Part shown: positions 50,276 through 60,369 of the stretch, piece by piece
How the letters are laid out: the number at the start of each line of letters is the position of its first letter
Position numbering within the stretch: position 1 is the stretch's first letter
From: Candidatus Zixiibacteriota bacterium
GTDB taxonomy: Bacteria > RBG-13-66-14 > B26-G2 > WVWN01
Reading direction: 5' to 3'
Length of the DNA: 64,000 nucleotides
Assembly: GCA_050117845.1 (NCBI GenBank)
Contig: JASFLY010000001.1
Span: 128,001-192,000 of the forward strand
Translations under genes and position numbers: made by a program
Notes under the pieces: generated by a model
Seen by the model: the letters and a program-made list of their open reading frames with translations, nothing else
What the model was told of the DNA's origin: nothing
Database searches by the model: none

Positions 50276-51276
50276 GGCCTCTTCCCGATGACGAGCGTCG
50301 TGTCGAACGCGGTGTCGCGCCGCTCCACGCCCCCCAGCCCCGCGGCCTCCATCCACCCGCGAATCTCGGCCTCCGTATAGGTGTCGCCGGCGGCGGTGTT
50401 GACGAGCATATTGAGGGCGAAGATAAGGCCCTGGGGCGGGCCGGTCCGGCCTTCGTCCACGACGAAGTCCTGCACGACGAGCCGGCCTCCGGCTTTGAGC
50501 GCGGCGGCGCCGTGCGCTATAAGCGCTTCGTTCTCGGCCGGGGAGTTGCTGTGCAAGAGCTGCGACATCCACACCAGGTCGTAGCCGGCCGGGAGTTCGT
50601 CCGTTACGGCGTCCCCCTCGGCGACGTCTATCTTGTCCGACAGCCCCGCCTCCTCGAGGTAGCGCCGCGTGAGCGGCGTGACGTGAGGGAGGTCGAAGAC
50701 GGTAGCGGTAATGCCCTCCCGGGCCCGCACGAAGGCCGTGGCGTAGGCGCCGGAAGCGCCGCCCACGTCCAGGACGTGTTCCACGCCGGCCAGATCGAGG
50801 GTCGCGACCAGCCGTTCGGCCCGGGCGGAGCCGCCGCCGTGCATGGCCGCGATAAAGGCTTCGGTGCGCCGCTCGGCCGCCTCGCCGGTGGGCCGCTCGA
50901 ATACCGACGTTCCGGCCCGCACGGCCTCGGTCAGGGTGGACCACGAGTCCCACAGGTTTATGGTGTGGGCGAGGCCGGCCATGTATTCGGCCTTGCCTTT
51001 CACGAGGTAGCGCGCCGCGGCATCCACGTTCGTAAACTTGTCCCCCTCCTTGCGGAGGAGGCCCACGGCCGCGACCGCGTTCATCAACCGGTCGGTCGCC
51101 CTGGCGTCGGTACCGAGCGACGCCGCCACCTCGGCCGACGTCTTCGCCCCGTCGCCGAGCGCGGTGAAGACGCCGAGTTCGTACGCGCTCAAGAGGATGC
51201 GGCTACGAAAGAAGGCGCGGGCCAACAGCTGAATGTCGTCGGCGCTGTATTCGGACGGTACGGGTCTGTTATCCAT
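50272..51276 (-). CDS. O-methyltransferase (ASMT-like, with dimerisation domain)
   Basis: N-terminal wHTH (ELGVF), LDVGGASG, FDLP, ALNML.T..G.TY. Confidence 0.9.
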   Translation of the reverse strand: MDNRPVPSEYSADDIQLLARAFFRSRILLSAYELGVFTALGDGAKTSAEVAASLGTDARATDRLMNAVAAVGLLRKEGDKFTNVDAAARYLVKGKAEYMAGLAHTINLWDSWSTLTEAVRAGTSVFERPTGEAAERRTEAFIAAMHGGGSARAERLVATLDLAGVEHVLDVGGASGAYATAFVRAREGITATVFDLPHVTPLTRRYLEEAGLSDKIDVAEGDAVTDELPAGYDLVWMSQLLHSNSPAENEALIAHGAAALKAGGRLVVQDFVVDEGRTGPPQGLIFALNMLVNTAAGDTYTEAEIRGWMEAAGLGGVERRDTAFDTTLVIGKRP

Positions 51277-51313
51277 AATTGATACCTCGCTTTATTTCGG
51301 GCCTTTCGGCCGC

Positions 51314-52237
51314 TCAGGCCGCCTCCCGCTCCAGGATAATTTTCAGGTTGCGGGGCAGGACCTCCGCGATTTCGCCGAGTTCCGAGCGCGCCAGCTTCCC
51401 CGCCGTCGCCGCGGGCATTTCCTCCGGCGGCGCCCCGGCCAGGAGGAGCGCGACCTCCTCTTCCGAGAACTCATCCCGTTCCTCGACCCAATCTACGTAG
51501 TCCCGGTTCTCCGGGCACGCGCGCTGGCAATGGAAACAGCCTATAAGCAAATCGTGCCACGAGGGCTCGAGCCACGGCGGGAAGGGGACGCCGGCCTCCT
51601 CCTCGTTATGATAGGTGATGCACCTCTCGGCGTGCAAGAGGAAGCGGCCTCCCCGGATGGCGCCGGTTGGGCAGGCCCGGCGGCAGGCCTCGCACTCGCG
51701 GCAGCGCGGAAGCATCGCCGCGTCGCCCCAGCCGTCTTCCTCGACGGGGAGGTCGGAGAAGAAGGCCGCCAGGCGGTGCATGCTCCCCATCCCCGGCACG
51801 TACGCGACGTTGTTTTTGCCGTAAGCCGCCAGGCCGCTCCGGACGGCGAGCAGCTTGCGCGGCACTATGGCGGGAATCAAGCGGAAACTCTCCGGAGCCG
51901 ACGCCTCGTTCACCGCTTCGACCACGCGCTCGTTTACCTCCCGGGCGCCGAAGTAAGTCGGCGGGACGTCGGCTTTGACGCGTCGCCCCTTCCACGCGAA
52001 GGTAAAACGGATGCTCGGCTGGGGGACTGCGACGACGATTATCGAACGGGCGTCCGGCAAATCCGCGGGGAGGTCGAACGAGAGGTGGGAGAGATATCGT
52101 TCGACGACGCCCTCGTCGAGTAGGCCGTCGCGACGCCGGCCCTCGAATTCCTCCCTAAGTTCGCCCAGCCGCGAAACGGATACGACGCGGCCGCGGAATC
52201 CACGCCTCTCCAGTTCCGATAATACCGTATTAATCAC
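51314..52237 (-). CDS. QueG-like 4Fe-4S double-cluster protein
   Basis: CRECEACRRACPTGA...C and GCFHCQRACP; AVRSGLAAYGKN. Confidence 0.8.
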   Translation of the reverse strand: MINTVLSELERRGFRGRVVSVSRLGELREEFEGRRRDGLLDEGVVERYLSHLSFDLPADLPDARSIIVVAVPQPSIRFTFAWKGRRVKADVPPTYFGAREVNERVVEAVNEASAPESFRLIPAIVPRKLLAVRSGLAAYGKNNVAYVPGMGSMHRLAAFFSDLPVEEDGWGDAAMLPRCRECEACRRACPTGAIRGGRFLLHAERCITYHNEEEAGVPFPPWLEPSWHDLLIGCFHCQRACPENRDYVDWVEERDEFSEEEVALLLAGAPPEEMPAATAGKLARSELGEIAEVLPRNLKIILEREAA

Positions 52238-52905
52238 TCGGAAATCCCGCCCCCATCAACGCTCCGCCCCTCGGCCCGCCGTTTGATGCCGAGCATGCAT
52301 TTGCGCATCATAATAAAATCGCCGAAGTCGACGATGAAATAGCCGAATATGGCGGGGACCTTCCATACGTATCTCGCGTGCAGGCGTGTGACGAGGCGCG
52401 TCCGGCCTTCCCCGTCCGGGTAAAGGCCCCACGCCCACGACAGTATCCCCGTGGGGTGATTCCACACCATGAAGCGCGGCGGCTCGAGCGTCACCACCTT
52501 CATCCCGTCAGTATCGCTGAGGGGGATATCGTCACCCGCCTTCAAACCCTGATACTCCGGCAATATCCGGTCGGCGCTGGGGAGGCCGGCGTTATCGAAA
52601 CAGCCGTAGCTGTAGAATCCCGCGCGGCGATACCCTATCTGCACCAGCCAGGGCCAGACGTCCGCGGCCGAGGCGTCGACCGTCACGGCCCGGGTGGAAT
52701 CGAGGTCCGGGTCCGGGACCAACTCGTCGCCGGGCATGGGCCGGGCCAGTTCCTCCGCCGTGGCGCCCCACGTCAGTTGCCAGGGGCGGAACCATATTAA
52801 ATAAAACAGGACCGCCGCGCAGGCCAGGACGACGGCCGCGAGGGCGGCGAACAGCATACGCCGTATTATCCGTACTCCGCGTGTCATACTATGCCCTAAT
52901 CCCAA
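52234..52905 (-). CDS. SRPBCC/START-like protein with N-terminal TM
   Basis: WGAT.EE...MPGD, VWPWLVQIG.RRAGFYSY, MMRKCMLGIKRRAE. Confidence 0.8.
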   Translation of the reverse strand: MGLGHSMTRGVRIIRRMLFAALAAVVLACAAVLFYLIWFRPWQLTWGATAEELARPMPGDELVPDPDLDSTRAVTVDASAADVWPWLVQIGYRRAGFYSYGCFDNAGLPSADRILPEYQGLKAGDDIPLSDTDGMKVVTLEPPRFMVWNHPTGILSWAWGLYPDGEGRTRLVTRLHARYVWKVPAIFGYFIVDFGDFIMMRKCMLGIKRRAEGRSVDGGGISE

Positions 52906-52948
52906 TCTATAACGACTTCCCGCGGTCCCCGCGCGTCCACGAGCGGGA

Positions 52949-54247
52949 TTACGCCGTCGGCCCGGAGGCGCCGGAAGGCCGGGGCCGGTGCCTCCTGTAA
53001 AGCCGCTCGGCCACGAACGAGAGCGCCACCACGCCGGCCAAAACCGCGAGCGTTACAGGCGAGTGCCGAAGCACGTAATAGACCAGGACGGCGAACGCGG
53101 CGAGGCACCCGGCCAACGCGAGCCAAATCAGGCCGGGGCGGGCCCCCGTTTCCCGATACAATTTAAGGTGGCCCGCGTTCACCGCGCCGTACACGATTAA
53201 AAAACCGCCGCTGGCCAACGCGGCTATCCGCTCCAGGTCCAGGAGGTTCGCGCACAAGAGCGTCAGGGCCGCGGTAATGTACAGACCCTCCCGGTTGTTG
53301 CGCCACGTCCGGCGCTCGAACAACGCCGGCAGCTCGCCCTCTTTGGCTGTAACGTAACTTATATTCGTGGCGCCGTACAGCTGGGCGTTTATGGCCGAGG
53401 CGGTCGAAAACAACGCCGTCGCGGCCACGACCTTGAAACCCCAGGTCCCCAGGAAAGGCCGCGCCGCCTCCGCGAGAGTATAGTCCTGGGCCTTAACGAT
53501 ATTTGCCACCGGCAGGTTGCCGAAGGCCATCACCGAGACGGATACGTATATTAACATAACTAAAAATATGGCCGCGTACAGCGCCCGCGGGACCGTCCGG
53601 CGCGGATTCTCCATGTCGTCGGCCGCCGTCGCGATAAGGCCGAAACCGGCGTAGGCCAGGAACACCACCGCCGCTCCGTAAAGCACGTTCGGCGCGGAGG
53701 GCCACGATGAGGGCGAAAGTAGCGCCGGCTTCGCGAAGAACAACCCCACGCCCGCCAGGCCGACGAGGACGGCCACCTTGAGGCCGACTATCAAGACCTC
53801 CGCCTTTCCCACCGCCCTCGCCCCCACCAGGTTAATCCCCAGGAATATTAGGACGATCGCCGTCGCGAAAACGTTGGTCCACGCCGGCGACGCCCCCGCG
53901 GCCAGGAAGGAGCGCGCGTATCCGCCGAAGGCCCGGGCGAACAGGGCCAGGCCGACGACGTACGTTATCCATAATAAAATATTGATCCCCCCGCTCACGA
54001 CGCCGGGCCCCCATCCCCGGACGAGGAACTCCACCGTCCCGCCGGCCGACGGGTATTTGACCGCCAGCTTCGCGAACGAATAAACGCTCGCCAGCGCCAC
54101 GAGGCCGGCGATAATAAAGGCCAGGAAGGTCGCGTTGCCCGCCAACCGCCCCGCCACGCCCAGGAGGGAGAAGATGCCGGCCCCGACCATGCCGCCGACG
54201 CCGATGGCGACGCCGCCCCAGAATCCTATGGCTTTCTTCTTGCTCAT
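52949..54247 (-). CDS. APC-family amino acid permease
   Basis: GGMVGAGIF, YPSAGG, FLAYAGF, about 12 TMs. Confidence 0.92.
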   Translation of the reverse strand: MSKKKAIGFWGGVAIGVGGMVGAGIFSLLGVAGRLAGNATFLAFIIAGLVALASVYSFAKLAVKYPSAGGTVEFLVRGWGPGVVSGGINILLWITYVVGLALFARAFGGYARSFLAAGASPAWTNVFATAIVLIFLGINLVGARAVGKAEVLIVGLKVAVLVGLAGVGLFFAKPALLSPSSWPSAPNVLYGAAVVFLAYAGFGLIATAADDMENPRRTVPRALYAAIFLVMLIYVSVSVMAFGNLPVANIVKAQDYTLAEAARPFLGTWGFKVVAATALFSTASAINAQLYGATNISYVTAKEGELPALFERRTWRNNREGLYITAALTLLCANLLDLERIAALASGGFLIVYGAVNAGHLKLYRETGARPGLIWLALAGCLAAFAVLVYYVLRHSPVTLAVLAGVVALSFVAERLYRRHRPRPSGASGPTA

Positions 54248-54333
54248 CGCGTCGGTAACCGCGGCCTATAAGCGCGTGGCGCCGAGGCCGCGTTTTAACA
54301 CGCTCCCTTATTCGAACCCGCCCCGCCGAACGT

Positions 54334-54834
54334 TTAGTTCCAGTCGATGCGGACTTCTCGCGGGTCCCGCGGGTCTATCTTGACCGGGATGACGGAGCCG
54401 GGCTGGAACTGCGGGACGATGGCCCGGGGGATTATCGTGTCGAGCTGGACAACGTAGGGCGGCCGGGTCCCGTCGTCCACCTCGAGCGTGAGGCCCAGGT
54501 AGGGCTGGTCGTTGACGGTGGTCGTGCCGCCCAGGCTGCTCTCGCCGATACTCCGCACGGTGGCGCGGGCGGGCCGGCCGTGTTCCAGTATCCGCCGGGC
54601 CCTGGGGCCGCCGCCGAAGAGCGAGAGCATCGGCCTCATAAAAAGGACCGTGACGAAAATCGCGATGCCCACGCCTAAAGCGGCGGCGATGGTAACGACC
54701 CAGCCGCCCTCGACGAAACGCGCGAACGACGCCGAGCCGAATATCGACGGCCCCCATATCTGCGCCACCACCAGCGGCAAGAACAGGAACGGCAATAATA
54801 CCACCCACCAACGACGGAACCCGGACCGCGCCAT
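54334..54834 (-). CDS. Membrane protein, two TMs + conserved C-terminal beta domain (tandem paralogue B)
   Basis: 166 aa; C-half nearly identical to 54911-55411. Confidence 0.8.
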   Translation of the reverse strand: MARSGFRRWWVVLLPFLFLPLVVAQIWGPSIFGSASFARFVEGGWVVTIAAALGVGIAIFVTVLFMRPMLSLFGGGPRARRILEHGRPARATVRSIGESSLGGTTTVNDQPYLGLTLEVDDGTRPPYVVQLDTIIPRAIVPQFQPGSVIPVKIDPRDPREVRIDWN

Positions 54835-54910
54835 ACGATTTTGACCTCGTTGCGTCGGGGTTTCGCCCCGACTTGTTCGCGTTTTTTTCGAAGCTGACTT
54901 CGGGCGCCCG

Positions 54911-55411
54911 CTAATTCCAGTCGATACGGACTTCCTGCGGGTCCTTGGGGTCGACCTTCACGGGGATAACGGCGCCCGGCTGGAACTGCGGTATCAGGGA
55001 CCGGGGGATAATCGTATCCACCTGGACGAGGTACGGCGCCTGGTAGCCGTCGTCCACCTCCAGCGTCAGGCCGAGGTAGGGCTGGTCGTTGACGGTGGTG
55101 GTCCCGCCCAGGCTGCTCTCGCCGATACTCCGCACGATGGCCTGGGCCGGCCGGCCGTACTTCAGGATCCGCCGCGTCTTGGGGCTGCCGCCGAAGAACG
55201 ACATCATGGGTTTGATGAAGTGGCCGATGGAAGCGACGAACGGCAACGCGATGCACACGGCCATGATAACGATGCCCGCGGGGCCGTTCGCTATCATATC
55301 GTAATTCTTCTGGCCGATTATCTTCGGCGCCCAACTCCCCGACGACCCGGCCGCGATTACCGGGATCACCGACAGGTAAATCAGGCCGAAAGTCAACCAC
55401 TTTCGTGACAT
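54911..55411 (-). CDS. Membrane protein, two TMs + conserved C-terminal beta domain (tandem paralogue A)
   Basis: 166 aa; SIGESSLGGTTTVNDQPYLGLTLEVDDG shared with its neighbour. Confidence 0.8.
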   Translation of the reverse strand: MSRKWLTFGLIYLSVIPVIAAGSSGSWAPKIIGQKNYDMIANGPAGIVIMAVCIALPFVASIGHFIKPMMSFFGGSPKTRRILKYGRPAQAIVRSIGESSLGGTTTVNDQPYLGLTLEVDDGYQAPYLVQVDTIIPRSLIPQFQPGAVIPVKVDPKDPQEVRIDWN

Positions 55412-55463
55412 GTCGTTCCTTTCCCGTCGCCCGCCTCCCTTCGGGCGCGTCTCTTTCGCCGCT

Positions 55464-56366
55464 CTACTTTCCGGCGATTATTTCTTCTATGAGGTAGGTG
55501 AACCACACGGCGTAGAGGCCCAGCGGTTCCTCCTCCTCGTACGTTACGGCCTTGCCGACGCGCGCCGAGTTCACGCCCAGAAGGTAAACGCGGGGGCTCT
55601 GGGAGAGGTCCAGCCGGGCGTCGCGCGTCTGCATGATGCCGCCCGGCTTGGTGAGGACCGGACTGCCGCTGCACCCGCTGTGGAGTCGGCAGTCCATCAA
55701 AAAGTACGGCTCCCCCTCGAACGGGATGGGGTAAAACGAAGCCACGGTCCCCCGCCGCACGATGGGCAGGTTGTACTCCTCGTCGTAGAGTCCCAGCGGA
55801 TACCCAACCACGATGACGTCCTCGCCGACGTGGATGTAGATGTCCTCCGGCACGTTGTTGGCCCGGCTGAACGCCGTCACGACGTAACGCGTCTGGTAAT
55901 ACCGGGCGCCCAGGGGCAGCGCGACGACGTCGACGTCGCTCCCCTTCTCCGGGTGCTCGAGCCACCGGGGAAAGCCGTCCCGCGTATACAGGTCGATCTT
56001 GCGGACGTCGTTCTTGCGGATGTCGGTGCGGTCGGTGTGGAGGCGCAGCTTAAGCGCGTCCGGCACGTGGCCGTTCGCCGGGTCGTACACGACGTGGCGG
56101 CTCGTTATTAGATACAGCCTGTCGTCGGCCTCGTAGAAGAACCCGGCGGCCCGGGCGATGAGCTTGTTACTCTTGAAACACTCGATCTGGGCCACGGAGA
56201 ACGCCAGGTCGGAGATCTCGATGGAACCGCTCAACGCCTCGGCCGTAGCCGCCGTCCCCGGGTCCTGGGGCTCGATTACTTTAAGCACGCCCCCGGCCGG
56301 AGAGGCCAGCCAGGCCGCCGCGACGACGGCTACGACCGCCATACCGAAATAGTGCCGCGTTCTCAT
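55464..56366 (-). CDS. Secreted trypsin-like serine protease
   Basis: Signal peptide; ITSRHVV (His), DVVAL (Asp), VGYP, GCSGSPV (Ser). Confidence 0.82.
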   Translation of the reverse strand: MRTRHYFGMAVVAVVAAAWLASPAGGVLKVIEPQDPGTAATAEALSGSIEISDLAFSVAQIECFKSNKLIARAAGFFYEADDRLYLITSRHVVYDPANGHVPDALKLRLHTDRTDIRKNDVRKIDLYTRDGFPRWLEHPEKGSDVDVVALPLGARYYQTRYVVTAFSRANNVPEDIYIHVGEDVIVVGYPLGLYDEEYNLPIVRRGTVASFYPIPFEGEPYFLMDCRLHSGCSGSPVLTKPGGIMQTRDARLDLSQSPRVYLLGVNSARVGKAVTYEEEEPLGLYAVWFTYLIEEIIAGK

Positions 56367-56411
56367 ATGGTTAATTATATAACTCCGGCCTCGCCGCGGC
56401 GCCGCCGGCGG

Positions 56412-58196
56412 TTAGAACTTCTCGCCCGGCCGGTGGTAAACTATGTCCCCGCCCACGGCCGTCAGGACGACGAAGTCGTCCAGCTTCTCGGGCTCGAGTT
56501 CGTGGGTCAAAAGGAACCACCACGACGTGACGTCCAGGATGTCCTCCGAGTATATAGCGAAGTCGCCGTACTTCCCGACCTCCAGCGAGCCTATCTCGTC
56601 GTCCCACATCAACGCCCGGGCGCAGTCTATCGTGTAGTGGCGCAGGATGCTCTCGGTCGATATCTTCTCGTGCTCGCCCCAGTCGGCGTTGCCGTGGTAG
56701 TTCATCCGCAGGCCCGCGACCAGGAAACCTAGGACCGGGTTCATCGGCCCCGCGCACCAGTCGCTCCCGAACGAGATGCTGACGCCGGCGTCCTCCAGGC
56801 TGTGCCACGGCGTCGTGCGGTTGAGGCGCTCCGGCCCCAGCGCCGCTTCCACCATCGCGTCGCCGTAGAAGTGGCAGGGCTGCATCGCGGCCAGGATGTC
56901 GAGGTCGGCCATCCGCCGGTAGTCCACCGGCCGGGGGTTGGGGCAATGCTCCACCCGGTGCCGGGAGTCGCGCGGCCCGTTGACCTCGCGGGCGTATTCG
57001 TAGGCGTCTATGAGTGCCTTGATGCCGGCGTCGCCGCAGGCGTGGGTGCAGCACTGGATTTCCATGGCGTCGATCAGGGCGACGACGCGGTTGAACTCCT
57101 CCTGCGTCTCCCACAGGAAGTGGCCGGTCGAATCCGGGTTGTTGCTGTAGGGCTCCGTCATGTACGCCGTGTGGTTGCTGCTCACGCCGTCGACGTAGAG
57201 TTTGACGGAATCGCCCAGCCGAAGGTGCTCGCTCGAACGGCCACCGAGTTCCTTCCACCTCGTAAGCGACTCCCTGAGCGCGTCCTCCTCCACGCCGTGG
57301 TGGCTCACGTAATACGAACAGCGGGCCCGGATGTGGTCCAGGCCGCCCCGCTCGTCGTACTCCAGGACGTAGGGGATGAACGGCTCATAGATCTGGACGT
57401 CGTTCAGGGCCGTGATGCCGTACGACCGGGCCTCGTCCAGCGTCCGGTCCATGGCGGCGAACATCTTCTCCCCGACCTCGGGGCCGAGTTCCTCCGGGTC
57501 GAAGTACTCCAGAGGGTTGACCGCGTAGAACTCGTACAGCACGCCGGTGGGCTCGCCCGTGGCCGTGTCCCTCTCCAGCCGGAAGTGGCTCAAGGCCTCC
57601 GGGTTCTTGGTTTGCATGCGCTCGAGCGTGATGGAGTTGACCCAGCCCGTCTCGCCGCCGTAGGACATGAGGAAGAGGGGCCGGTCGGGCAATATCTCGT
57701 CGGCCATCTCCTTGGTCGGAAGGCCGCCGGGCATATAGTCGTAGCGCCAGCCGATGCCCATCACGAACGGGTGGTCGGGGTTCGCCGCGGCGCATTCCCG
57801 GACCATCCGGGAGACGTCCTCGACGCTGTTCGCCTCGTAGAGGCTGACGAAATAGGCGCCCAGGCCGCCGATCCAGAGGTCGTGGCAGTGGTTGTCGATG
57901 AAACCCGGCACCAGGAGTCGGCCGTGGCCGTCGACGACGCGGGTGTTGGGGCCGATGAAGTCGGCCGCGCCGGCGTCGTCCCCCACGTACGCGATGCGCT
58001 CGTCCGCGACCGCTATCGCCTCGGCGCGGGTATCATTTTCGTCGCAGGTGACGACGCGGGCGTTGACGACCACCAGGTCTGCAGGCCGGGAGCCGTCCCG
58101 GGCGACCTCGGCGCCGAACGCCGGCGAAAAAGCGGCCCCCAGGCCGCACAGGATCCCCGCCCATAACATAGCCGTTCTACCTATCCGTTCCGACAT
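56412..58196 (-). CDS. Amidohydrolase 3 family (YtcJ-like) with signal peptide
   Basis: PGFIDNHCH, KLYVDG, HACGD, RVEH, FGSDW, GSLEVGKYGD. Confidence 0.9.
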   Translation of the reverse strand: MSERIGRTAMLWAGILCGLGAAFSPAFGAEVARDGSRPADLVVVNARVVTCDENDTRAEAIAVADERIAYVGDDAGAADFIGPNTRVVDGHGRLLVPGFIDNHCHDLWIGGLGAYFVSLYEANSVEDVSRMVRECAAANPDHPFVMGIGWRYDYMPGGLPTKEMADEILPDRPLFLMSYGGETGWVNSITLERMQTKNPEALSHFRLERDTATGEPTGVLYEFYAVNPLEYFDPEELGPEVGEKMFAAMDRTLDEARSYGITALNDVQIYEPFIPYVLEYDERGGLDHIRARCSYYVSHHGVEEDALRESLTRWKELGGRSSEHLRLGDSVKLYVDGVSSNHTAYMTEPYSNNPDSTGHFLWETQEEFNRVVALIDAMEIQCCTHACGDAGIKALIDAYEYAREVNGPRDSRHRVEHCPNPRPVDYRRMADLDILAAMQPCHFYGDAMVEAALGPERLNRTTPWHSLEDAGVSISFGSDWCAGPMNPVLGFLVAGLRMNYHGNADWGEHEKISTESILRHYTIDCARALMWDDEIGSLEVGKYGDFAIYSEDILDVTSWWFLLTHELEPEKLDDFVVLTAVGGDIVYHRPGEKF

Positions 58197-58216
58197 GCCG
58201 AACTCCTAATCTCTAA

Positions 58217-58609
58217 TCAATCGCCGTTATCTCCCGCCGGGGTTTCCCGGACGGAAATTAATTCCCAATACGACCCGGCTTCGTCGCGGAAGCCGGGCGG
58301 CGGGCCATAGGTCCGGTCCGGCGACCGGACGAACCCCATGACCAAATTCTCGTACTCCTCAAACGGCGCGAGCAGGCCGCCGTAGAGGTCCACCGTTCCG
58401 TAGACCGAGACGCTGACGGTTTCGTCGGGCAGTTCGCCGAATACGACTTCCTTCACCGTACAGGTGAAGACGTGGCCCCAGCCGTGACTGATCGTGTATT
58501 GGGCGTCGACGACGAGGACGAGCGCGACGTCGCTTTCGGCCTCGGCCGCGGCGACGGGCGCGGCGGCCGCAAGCAACGCCACCGCACTGAAAATCATCGT
58601 TCTCGTCAT
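58217..58609 (-). CDS. Hypothetical secreted protein
   Basis: SD GGAGG and an Ala-rich signal peptide. Confidence 0.65.
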   Translation of the reverse strand: MTRTMIFSAVALLAAAAPVAAAEAESDVALVLVVDAQYTISHGWGHVFTCTVKEVVFGELPDETVSVSVYGTVDLYGGLLAPFEEYENLVMGFVRSPDRTYGPPPGFRDEAGSYWELISVRETPAGDNGD

Positions 58610-58640
58610 AATACGGCCTCCGCGTCGCCGCCGTCTTCGA

Positions 58641-59147
58641 TTACTTCTTCTCCAAAGGAACCTGGAGTTCCGTCACGTACTTCTCGGGGTCGTCCGGGTT
58701 CCATTCCAGGTAGACCTCCCGCGCCGGGCCCGCTATAACGAGGCCGTTATCCTGGATGTAGGCCATGAGCTCGCCCCAGGTTTCGCCGAGCGCCGGCCCG
58801 TAAGCCCCCCGGTGAATCGTGTAAATGACGTTGGCGCCGGGTATCGTCCGCGTCGATATGCCCTCGCCCTCGACGTCGGCCGAGACGGGCACGCAGGCCT
58901 CGATGTCGTGGCCCTCCTCCGTATCGCCTTCGTGGTAGAGCGCGAAGCACGGCCCGGCGATAGCCTCTCCCGCCGTGGCGTACAAGGCTTCCATATACTT
59001 GCCGACTTCCTCGTACTGACCGCGGAAACGCGCGGTCGCCGCTTCCACGTCGGCGACTTTCTTCTCATGTACCTCAATCTCGCCGGCGAAGGCGAGCGTC
59101 CCGGCCGCCAGAACGGCCGCGAGTAAAGCCACTACGGCTTTTCCCAT
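58641..59147 (-). CDS. GyrI-like small-molecule-binding protein with signal peptide
   Basis: IEACVPV, HRGAY, REVYLE..P....TELQVP; N-terminal AFA-G cleavage site. Confidence 0.85.
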   Translation of the reverse strand: MGKAVVALLAAVLAAGTLAFAGEIEVHEKKVADVEAATARFRGQYEEVGKYMEALYATAGEAIAGPCFALYHEGDTEEGHDIEACVPVSADVEGEGISTRTIPGANVIYTIHRGAYGPALGETWGELMAYIQDNGLVIAGPAREVYLEWNPDDPEKYVTELQVPLEKK

Positions 59148-59165
59148 AACCTCTCCTTATATAGT

Positions 59166-59546
59166 TTATCGTTTACCGCCCCTACTATCCAACCGTCGGG
59201 CCAAGAGGAACGCCCCCGCGCCGAACCAGCAAGGCAGCGTTATGACGCTCGCCGCCCAGGCCAGCGTGGCCCACCGGTTGAACTCGAACCAGGAAGCCGT
59301 CAGCGCCGCCGGAACCGCCGCCCCCAACAAGAGGAGGTACGGCGCCGCGGCCCCCGGCCACCGCCAGGCCAAGACCGCGGTAGCCGCAGCGACGGCCATT
59401 GTTACGGCGATACGGCCCACGTACGCCGGCGTCTTCGGTTCGTCCTCGTCGAAGAGCATCGCCCCCGGCAGGACGAACCAGACGACCGCCCACCCGGTAA
59501 CTACCACGAGTCCCGCCCGCCTGACCCATTTCGCCACGTCCTCCAT
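59166..59546 (-). CDS. Hypothetical membrane protein
   Basis: SD AAGGAG; four hydrophobic segments. Confidence 0.65.
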   Translation of the reverse strand: MEDVAKWVRRAGLVVVTGWAVVWFVLPGAMLFDEDEPKTPAYVGRIAVTMAVAAATAVLAWRWPGAAAPYLLLLGAAVPAALTASWFEFNRWATLAWAASVITLPCWFGAGAFLLARRLDSRGGKR

Positions 59547-59856
59547 GACTTCTTACTCCTTTCATTTCGGGCCTTTACGAGAGGCCGGCCCCGGGAGTTT
59601 TGAGTACGAAAAGGACGACGGCGGTTACGCATTCGTTGGGGCGCGTCCGACCGGCGGGACCCTCCAACCGGATATTACCACATACGCGCCGAACGCAAAA
59701 CCCCCAACCGGCCCGGGACTTACGCAAAAAAAAGGTTGCAATGACCGGCGAGCTATGTCTTAATCCGGGGAGAGATTGGAGGGGAACGCTTCGCCGCCGG
59801 CCCGGAGGCGAGACGTACCCGGGGGAGTCACAACACGTCCGCGCCAGGAGGTTGAA

Positions 59857-60282
59857 ATGCTAATTGACGGGATTGCGTTACTCATCGCGGGTTTCTTGGC
59901 CGCACCGCAGTTGATACTGTCGAAAAAACCGGACGCCGCGGAAAAACTCGCCAGCGTCGCGAAGTGGCAGGGGTGGTTCGGCCTCATCATTTTCGTCTGG
60001 GGCCTGTGGGGCTTAATCTGGGCCGTTTTGAGCATCGGCTGGATCGCGGCCGGTTGGCCCGTCCGCTGGTTCACCTGGTTAATTTGTAACCTCGGCGAAC
60101 TTATTCTGGGCTTCCTCCTTGGCTACGGCCTCATCGCGAAGTACGCCTTCTCGAAGAGCGAAGCCGCGAAGGCCAAGGGCGAACAAGCTCTCAAGAAACT
60201 CGCCCCCATCCAGGGAACGCTGGCTATCATCGCTATTATCGTGGGTCTCTGGACTATTATCGCCTCCTTCCTTCCCTTCTAA
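59857..60282 (+). CDS. Hypothetical membrane protein
   Basis: ATG at 59857 after AGGAGG; four TMs; followed by a hairpin. Confidence 0.75.
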   Translation: MLIDGIALLIAGFLAAPQLILSKKPDAAEKLASVAKWQGWFGLIIFVWGLWGLIWAVLSIGWIAAGWPVRWFTWLICNLGELILGFLLGYGLIAKYAFSKSEAAKAKGEQALKKLAPIQGTLAIIAIIVGLWTIIASFLPF

Positions 60283-60310
60283 GGCGATACGAAACAACTC
60301 TACGGACGTT

Positions 60311-60339
60311 AAGGCCGGCATTATTCCAATGCCGGCCTT
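60311..60339. terminator. Hairpin between convergent genes
   Basis: AAGGCCGGCATT-ATTCC-AATGCCGGCCTT. Confidence 0.7.
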
Positions 60340-60369
60340 CTCCTTTATACTGACGATTATCGGCGCCGC

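Noticed and set aside
59760..59856. GGAGAGA leader suggesting a glycine riboswitch
   Set aside because: The downstream CCGAAG and CTCTCAGG elements are absent.
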